The notes beneath the pieces are model-generated. The model searched no databases and was not told where the DNA came from. It saw only the letters and a program-made list of their open reading frames with translations. DNA of 45,614 bases from Eledone cirrhosa (lineage: Eukaryota): the NCBI GenBank assembly GCA_964016885.1, contig CAXHJY010001277.1, forward strand, positions 1 through 45,614, in the 5' to 3' direction. The position numbers were made by a program, and so were the translations under genes. Positions 36,353-45,614 of this stretch are shown in pieces. How positions within the stretch are numbered: position 1 is the stretch's first letter; each line of letters starts with the position of its first letter.

Positions 36353-36923
36353 CCAGTACAACCTGTCTCATGGTCGGGTCGTTGGCGACTAAACTGGCAA
36401 CCCCACCAAGGTTTCTTGGTGAGGAGGGTGACTTTGGACATCCTGCAGGACTAAAAACAAAACCTGTCAAAGGGCAAAGGAGCTCTTAAGAGTCAATGGC
36501 CATCCAAAATCACCGGGAGAGATGACCCCTTAGCCTTTGTCAAGGCAGAATTCTAGGAGAAGGAAAACTCTGATATAACACCTGCAACCCTGATGGTATC
36601 CAATGATGTTGACTTGTTCTTCTTTTTGGTAAATATCATCTTGGTTAAGAGAGTGGGACTGGCTTTGTGCAGTGCCTTTGCTCACTATAAAAGCTTCACG
36701 GCACAGGCATTGCTTTATATCTGGAGATCTCTCTGCACTTGTCGTCACATGGTACCATGGGCCCAACACTATGTGTCAATAATTGTCACAAGTGTAGTCT
36801 TTGTACGAGAGTTTTCAAGTCGCTGGCTGGACTAAAAAGTCACACTCGTTCAGCGCATCAGTAGGGGTTCTCCTACATGGATATAAAGTAGTGGCCGTAC
36901 TCGAAAACGAGTTGGCAGCCACC
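36353..36923 (+). mobile_element. Non-autonomous RTE-derived retroelement, second full copy
   Basis: Collinear with 24003-24576 apart from two small indels and point changes. Confidence 0.85.
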
Positions 36924-37378
36924 ATGTATATATATATGTATGTATATATATATGTATGTATATATATATGTATGTATATATATATATATGTATGTATATA
37001 TATATGTATGTATGTATATATGTATGTATGTATATATATATGTATGTATATATATATGTATGTATATATATATGTATGTATATATATATGTATGTATATA
37101 TATATATATGTATGTATATATATATGTATGTATATATATATGTATGTATGTATATATGTATGTATATATATATGTATGTATGTATATATGTATGTATGTA
37201 TATATGTATGTATGTATATATATATATATGTATGTATATATGTATGTATATATATATGTATGTATATATATATGTATGTATATATATATGTATGTATATA
37301 TATATGTATGTATATATATATGTATGTATATATATATATGTATGTATATATATATATATGTATGTATATATATATATG
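36924..37378. repeat. (TA)nTGTATG array
   Basis: Direct reading. Confidence 0.98.
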
Positions 37379-38071
37379 TTTTCTCTTTCTCTTAATTTCG
37401 AGTATATTTTTTTGACCGGCCACCTTCCTGGTGGCAAGGTTGTAAAAGAAAAGAAATTGTCATCCCTTGAATCGCAAGAATGTTTTGCATATTTTGAAGG
37501 TGCCAGCTATCGCAGCCATTTGTAGACTATGAATTAGGGAGCTGCGCTTTTTGTCCGCAAATCCAAGTTCGGTCATACTTTGGTCCAAGCGGGTTGGTAT
37601 ATAACCCGTAGCACCAATAATGATGGGTATGAAGCTAAAGGTGTATCTTGGATACTGGATTTGTAAGCTCCTCATCAATGGTCCGTAGATGTCCTCCTTC
37701 TCCTGTATTTTTCTGACAACGTTTACATCAAGTGGGCAGCTGATCTCCACAACAGAACACGTTTTCAATGTGTGGTCCCAAACTACAATATCAGGCCGGT
37801 TGTGCTTTAATTTGGTGGCAGTTTTTATTTTCAGGTTCCACCAGTATTCCTTAGTGCCATCTGTCTCAATATATTCTTCCTCGTTTGTTGTTAATTTTGT
37901 TTTCCGAAGTGCGTTCCAGATAGTTCTAGCTATCCCATCGTGTCTCATGGGGAGGTAATAGCGAGATGACATTCTTTCGCAGCTGGCAACAATGTGGCTT
38001 ACATCCTCGATCTTTGTTTTACATAGCCTACATTTATTGTCAGCTGCTGGCCCTCCTCTTTTGTGCAGCAG
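37379..38071 (-). mobile_element. 5'-truncated R4/Dong-like non-LTR retrotransposon (CCHC plus restriction-like endonuclease)
   Basis: Uninterrupted frame 38071-37460: [47 protein letters not shown]; 3' UTR hairpin GCCACC/GGTGGC (37419-37435); both ends in TATG satellite. Confidence 0.88.
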
Positions 38072-38184
38072 ATATATGTATGTATATATATATGTATGTA
38101 TATATATATATATGTATGTATATATATATGTATGTATATATATATGTATGTATATATATATATATGTATGTATATATATATATG

Positions 38185-38227
<43 letters not shown>

Positions 38228-38264
38228 ATATGTATGTATGTATATATATATGTATGTATGTATG

Positions 38265-38297
<33 letters not shown>

Positions 38298-38456
38298 GTA
38301 TGTATGTATGTATATATGTATGTATGTATATATGTATGTATGTATATATATATGTATGTATGTATATATATATGTATGTATGTATATATGTATGTATGTA
38401 TATATATATGTATGTATGTATATATATATGTATGTATGTATATATATATGTATGTA

Positions 38457-38492
<36 letters not shown>

Positions 38493-38494
38493 TG

Positions 38495-38525
<31 letters not shown>

Positions 38526-38586
38526 ATATATATGTATGTATGTATGTATGTATATATGTATATATGTATGTATGTATATATATATG

Positions 38587-38653
<67 letters not shown>

Positions 38654-38668
38654 GTATATATATATATG

Positions 38669-38715
<47 letters not shown>

Positions 38716-39056
38716 GTATATATATATGTATATATATATATATGTATATATATATATGTATATATATATATATGTATATATATATGTATGTATGTATATA
38801 TATATGTATGTATATATATATGTATGTATATATATATGTATGTATATATATATGTATGTATGTATATATATATGTATGTATATATATATATATATGTATG
38901 TATATATATATGTATGTATGTATATATATATATATGTATGTATATATATATGTATATATATATATATATGTATGTATATATATATGTATGTATATATATA
39001 TGTATGTATATATATATATATATGTATGTATATATATATATGTATATATATGTATG

Positions 39057-39119
<63 letters not shown>

Positions 39120-39124
39120 GTATG

Positions 39125-39155
<31 letters not shown>

Positions 39156-39160
39156 GTATG

Positions 39161-39191
<31 letters not shown>

Positions 39192-39470
39192 GTATGTATA
39201 TATATATATATGTATATATATATGTATGTATATATATATGTATGTATATATATATGTATGTATATATATATGTATGTATATATATATGTATGTATATATA
39301 TATATATGTATATATATATATGTATGTATATATATATATATGTATATATATATGTATGTATATATATATGTATGTATATATATATATATGTATATATATA
39401 TGTATGTATATATATATGTATGTATATATATATATATGTATATATATATGTATGTATATATATATGTATG

Positions 39471-39501
<31 letters not shown>

Positions 39502-39614
39502 GTATGTATATATATATATATGTAATGTATATATATATATATGTAATATATATATATATGTATGTATATATATATATGTATATATATATATATGTATGTA
39601 TATATATATGTATG

Positions 39615-39667
<53 letters not shown>

Positions 39668-39882
39668 GTATATATATATGTATGTATATATATATGTATA
39701 TATATATGTATGTATATATATATGTATGTATATATATATATGTATGTATATATATATATATATATGTATGTATATATATATGTATGTATATATATATGTA
39801 TGTATATATATATGTATGTATATATATATGTATGTATATATATATGTATGTATATATATATATATGTATGTATATATATATG

Positions 39883-39914
<32 letters not shown>

Positions 39915-40184
39915 TGTATGTATATATATATGTATGTATATATATATGTATGTATATATATATGTATGTATATATATATGTATGTATATATATATGTATG
40001 TATATATATATGTATGTATATATATATGTATGTATATATATATGTATGTATATATATATGTATGTATATATATATGTATGTATATATATATGTATGTATA
40101 TATATATGTATGTATATATATATGTATGTATATATATATGTATGTATATATGTATGTATGTATATATATATGTATGTATATATA
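38072..40184. repeat. (TA)nTGTATG array, about 2.1 kb
   Basis: Direct reading. Confidence 0.98.
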
Positions 40185-42070
40185 TAACTTTGAATAACTT
40201 TGAAATGTTTTGGCCAGTATTGGCCCAGGCCATGTCTAACTTAATAGCACCACCTGGCGAAGTCTTTCAATTCAGGATTTGGGCACCATGGCCCATTCGA
40301 GAAGAGAATTACTGTTTGCGGAGACATATCCGGGTGTGGGTGGTTTGTCCGGGATTACTTGGAGGAATTTGTCCAAAGACTTCTTGAATTTTGTGTGGTC
40401 AGTTTCTGTTTTGACGTGTCCTGGTGTGATGTTGAAGAGAGCAGGGCCGATTGAGGTGAAATAATTGTGCCGTATTGTTGTTATGAGTTGCGATTTAGAT
40501 TTTTGAATGGGACGGATAGCACGGGGCCCAAGCCTTGGGTGTATCTTGAAGGCGATGCCAACATCATTTGGGCAGTGATGATGGAACATTTTCCACATCA
40601 TGCAGATAATATAACGCTCACGGCGACGTTGGAGTGAGTAAAGTTTCAGGTTTTCCAATCGACCCCAGTAGTCAAGGTCTGACATGCCATCTATCTTTTT
40701 CGTGATTGCCCTTTGAGGAGCTTCAAGTTTCATGATACTTTGTTTCGTGTGGGGAGACCACAGTGGACAACAGTATTCAAGGTGTGGTCGGGCGAAAGTA
40801 GAGAAGAGAAGGATAATGGTGCGGGAATCTCTCGACTGGAAGGTTCTGAGGATCCAGGAACACATTCTGCGGGCCATGTCAACTTTGCTGCTTATATGCG
40901 TGGTCCAGCTTATGTTGCTGTCCACGGTTACTCCCAAGTCTCTGATGTTGTTAGATGCCACGAGAGTTTCCCCGGAGGGAAGGGAGTACGGGAGTTTCAG
41001 AGCATCCTCTTTTCCAAAGTGGATCAGTTCGAATTTGTCTTCGTTCAGTAACATGTTGTTCTTTTCTGCCCATTGGGTAACAGCCAGTAGGTCTGACTGA
41101 AGGCTTATCCGGTCATCCACGCCATTGATGACCTTTTGGAGCTTGGAATCATCAGCGAAAATTTTAATGTTGCTGTGTTTGATGATGTCAGTGATGTCAT
41201 TAATATAGATGATGAAGAGAAGTGGGCCCAACACAGTGCCTTGTGGGACTCCACTACTGACTTTGGCTGGGCTTGATTTGACTCCCTCAACTACAACATG
41301 TTGGGTTCTGTTTGACAGGAAGCTCTTGATCCACTGCAGCAGCTTTCCAGTGACACCAATATTGGACAGCTTTCTCAGTAGAATGTTATGATCAACCCTG
41401 TCAAAGGCCTTGCTGAAATCAAGGTAGATAACATCAGTGTTGGAACCCTCTCCCAAGGCTCTCAAAATGTCATCAAAGTGATGCAGTAGTTGCGTCAGGC
41501 AATCCCTTCCATTACGGAATCCATGCTGGTTGGAGTTCAGCATATTGTTACTCTCAAGGAAGTGGGTCATTCGCGATCTCACCACTCGCTCAAATACCTT
41601 AATGATATGAGAGGTGAGTGAGATTGGACGGTAATTCACGGCAAGGGATTTGTTTCCCTTTTTGAAAACTGGACAACAGACTGGGATAGAAGGTTTTCTG
41701 GCACATATCCAGCATCCAGTGAGTTCCGCCACAGATTGGCAAGAGGAGAAGCAAGTTGGTGTTGACACGCCTTCAAGACACAAGCAGGGAACCTATCGGG
41801 ACCTACTGCTGAATTATGCTTGATTTCCTTTATTGCCGCCAAGACATCAGGGGCGCCAAACGTTATGTCCGATAAGGTGTAATGGGGAGTAACATCGCCG
41901 ATACAGCCCAGATCGGCCATATCAGGATTGCTGAAAACAGAGCAGTATTGTTTCTGCAGTATCTCACCCATGGTTTTAGCATTGTCTTGAAGAGTGCCAT
42001 TTTCATCAATTAGAGGGCCAACAGTAGAGCCAGTGATTTTGTGTTTTTTTGCAAATGAAAAGAACACTTT
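40185..42070 (-). mobile_element. CR1-clade LINE copy 2, 5'-truncated (RT only)
   Basis: Corresponds to 16583-18469 of copy 1; differences seen are a 1-bp deletion near 41671 (CCC to CC, frameshift) and a silent change near 40821. Confidence 0.97.
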
Positions 42071-45219
<3,149 letters not shown>

Positions 45220-45614
45220 TAACTTTCAAAATAACTTTCAAATGTTTTGGCCTGTATTGGCCCAGGCCATGTCTAACTTAATAGCACCACCTGGCGAAGT
45301 CTTCAATTCAGGATTTGGGCACCATGGCCCATTCGAGAAGAGAATTACTGTTTGCGGAGACATATCCGGGTGTGGGTGGTTTGTCCGGGATTACTTGGAG
45401 GAATTTGTCCAAAGACTTCTTGAATTTTGTGTGGTCAGTTTCTGTTTTGACGTGTCCTGGTGTGATGTTGAAGAGAGCAGGGCCGATTGAGGTGAAATAA
45501 TTGTGCCGTATTGTTGTTATGAGTTGCGATTTAGATTTTGAATGGGACGGATAGCACGGGGCCCAAGCCTTGGGTGTATCTTGAAGGCGATGCCAACATC
45601 ATTTGGGCAGTGAT
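45220..45614 (-). mobile_element. CR1-clade LINE copy 3, 3' end (runs off the window)
   Basis: Matches 40185-40582 with a few homopolymer indels and a variant tail TAACTTTCAAAATAACTTTCAA. Confidence 0.95.

Overview
Eukaryotic, AT-rich, gene-free window made almost entirely of transposable elements and (TA)n/(TATG)n microsatellite. The SINE and LINE families resemble those of octopod cephalopods; this is inferred from recall of the repeat families and was not checked against a database. No host exon could be supported. Contents: (1) a young CR1-clade LINE with an intact 1006-codon APE-RT ORF2 (15172-18469, +) and two near-identical minus-strand copies, one 5'-truncated and one running off the window end; (2) a decayed RTE-type LINE with a PHD finger inside its RT, interrupted by an LTR remnant that itself holds a SINE; (3) fragments of R4/Dong-like and CRE-like restriction-like-endonuclease retrotransposons and an L1/Tx1-like ORF1; (4) a non-autonomous RTE-derived element with (TATG)n tails (3 copies); (5) many tRNA-derived SINEs; (6) non-autonomous Tc1/mariner, pogo, piggyBac, Mutator/Foldback and Helitron DNA elements; (7) about 7 kb of strand-polarised TATG satellite. 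Most interesting signals: minimal type-I hammerhead ribozymes of the Penelope-like kind inside or between long inverted repeats, including a U3:A8 compensatory core variant present on both strands of a near-perfect palindrome; an AUG-less CR1 ORF2 overlapping ORF1 in the -1 frame with two in-phase slippery heptamers; and three unrelated retroelement families occupying the same microsatellite with consistent orientation. The long YIYI/MYV ORFs in the ORF track are microsatellite artefacts.
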